64,000 nucleotides of DNA, from the NCBI GenBank assembly GCA_018399495.1, contig JAGYOG010000009.1, forward strand, positions 3,651 to 67,650, read 5' to 3'. Source of the DNA: Sphaerochaeta sp. Its GTDB lineage: Bacteria > Spirochaetota > Spirochaetia > Sphaerochaetales > Sphaerochaetaceae. This document shows, in pieces, positions 62,985 through 64,000 of the stretch. Numbering within the stretch: position 1 is the stretch's first letter; the number at the start of each line of letters is the position of its first letter. A program made the translations under genes and the position numbers. Under the pieces are notes generated by a model, which was not told the origin of the DNA, searched no databases, and worked only from the letters and a program-made list of their open reading frames with translations.

Positions 62985-63989
62985 ATGAAAATTGCAATTA
63001 ATGGTTTTGGAAGAATTGGACGTAATGTTTTCAAGATTGCTTTTGAAGACAAAGACATCGAGATTGTAGGCATCAATGACCTTACAGATCCCAAGACCTT
63101 GGCCCACCTTCTGAAATACGACTCCACCTATGGAGTATATCCCAAGAGCGTCGAGGTAGCAGAGAATGCTATTGTCGTTGATGGAAAAAACATTCCTGTT
63201 TTTGCAGTACGTTCTCCAAGCGAGCTTCCTTGGAAGGAACTTGGTGTTGATGTAGCCATCGAATCCACTGGTGTATTCGCTGTAGCTGAAGGACCAAAGG
63301 GTGGATACAAGGATCATATCAAGGCTGGCGCTAAGAAAGTAATCCTTACCGTTCCTGCAAAGGACCAGATCGATCAGACCATTGTTTGTGGTGTAAATGA
63401 CGATGACATCGACTACAGCCTTCTCGCATATTCCAACGCAAGTTGCACTACCAACTGCTTGGCTCCAATCGTAAAGGTACTCAATGACTCCTTCGGTATT
63501 GTCGAAGGTTTGATGACCACCGTTCACTCCTATACCAACGACCAGGTTATGCTTGACCAGCCCCACAAGGATCTTAGAAGAGCAAGAGCTGGTGCACTCT
63601 CCATCATTCCGACCACCACTGGCGCTGCAAAGGCTGTCGGCTTGGTCATTCCTGAAATGAAGGGCAAGCTCAATGGTATGGCAATGCGTGTACCCACTCC
63701 AACGGGTTCGGTTGTTGACTTGGTTGTAACCTTGAAGAAGGATGCATCGGTAGAGGACGTTAATGCTGCTATGAAAAAAGCAAGCGAGGGTCCGATGAAG
63801 GGTATCCTTGAGTATACTGAGGATCCTATCGTATCACGCGATGTTGTGAACAACACGCACTCATCAGTCCTTGACGCTGGTCTTACCATGAAGATGGGTG
63901 AGAAGATGTTCAAGGTCATCAGCTGGTATGACAACGAGATAGGTTACTCCAACCGCGTTATTGATCTTGCAAAGAAGCTGGTGAAATAA
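62985..63989 (+). CDS. gap: Glyceraldehyde-3-phosphate dehydrogenase type I
   Basis: INGFGRIGR, SNASCTTNCLAP, WYDNE. Confidence 0.97.
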   Translation: MKIAINGFGRIGRNVFKIAFEDKDIEIVGINDLTDPKTLAHLLKYDSTYGVYPKSVEVAENAIVVDGKNIPVFAVRSPSELPWKELGVDVAIESTGVFAVAEGPKGGYKDHIKAGAKKVILTVPAKDQIDQTIVCGVNDDDIDYSLLAYSNASCTTNCLAPIVKVLNDSFGIVEGLMTTVHSYTNDQVMLDQPHKDLRRARAGALSIIPTTTGAAKAVGLVIPEMKGKLNGMAMRVPTPTGSVVDLVVTLKKDASVEDVNAAMKKASEGPMKGILEYTEDPIVSRDVVNNTHSSVLDAGLTMKMGEKMFKVISWYDNEIGYSNRVIDLAKKLVK

Positions 63990-64000
63990 CATTATGATAC

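Noticed and set aside
62943-63566. 207-aa antisense ORF over gap
   Set aside because: Shadow ORF typical of highly expressed genes; no recognisable motifs
1-64000. CRISPR array, prophage, rRNA, retron or recognisable defence operon
   Set aside because: No regularly spaced repeats, cas, phage structural, reverse transcriptase or restriction-modification motifs recognised by eye

Overview
A 64 kb bacterial chromosomal segment, most consistent with a Sphaerochaeta-like spirochaete (inferred from the E-C-A-B-D-I-K V-ATPase order, long UPRTase, treponemal-type LptD-like gene and many sugar ABC systems). Most of it is housekeeping and transport: cobalamin-riboswitch-controlled ABC transporter, rnhA, chromate transporter pair, upp, sugar ABC, adk, LacI/GH13, guaB, tRNA-Val(TAC), yggS, RluA-family synthase, rsgA, mutS2, udp, V-type ATPase, arabino-oligosaccharide island, ogt, ispG, uvrA, lptD-like, phoH-pgpH-ybeY-corC, gap. 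Three accessory spots stand out. (1) A DDE IS (19453-22389; perfect 15-bp TIRs, TATGT target duplication) carrying a nested ISL3 splits a very large PAS-GGDEF-PAS-GGDEF-EAL gene just after the first GGDEF domain. (2) A small uncharacterised module at 32.7-35.2 kb has two GIY-YIG-like paralogs, a DUF6530-like gene, an operator-like palindrome and a degenerate Y1/HUH-transposase-like ORF whose Shine-Dalgarno is locked in a hairpin. (3) The arabinan island is bracketed by two ArsR-type regulator paralogs (one missing from the ORF track) and has a consensus promoter with a repeated palindromic operator. Two intervals (about 16.9-22.9 kb and 42.5-44.4 kb) are dense with frameshifts and most likely reflect low-quality consensus, so gene-level conclusions there are provisional. 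No CRISPR array, rRNA or prophage was seen. All family assignments come from motif recognition, not database searches.
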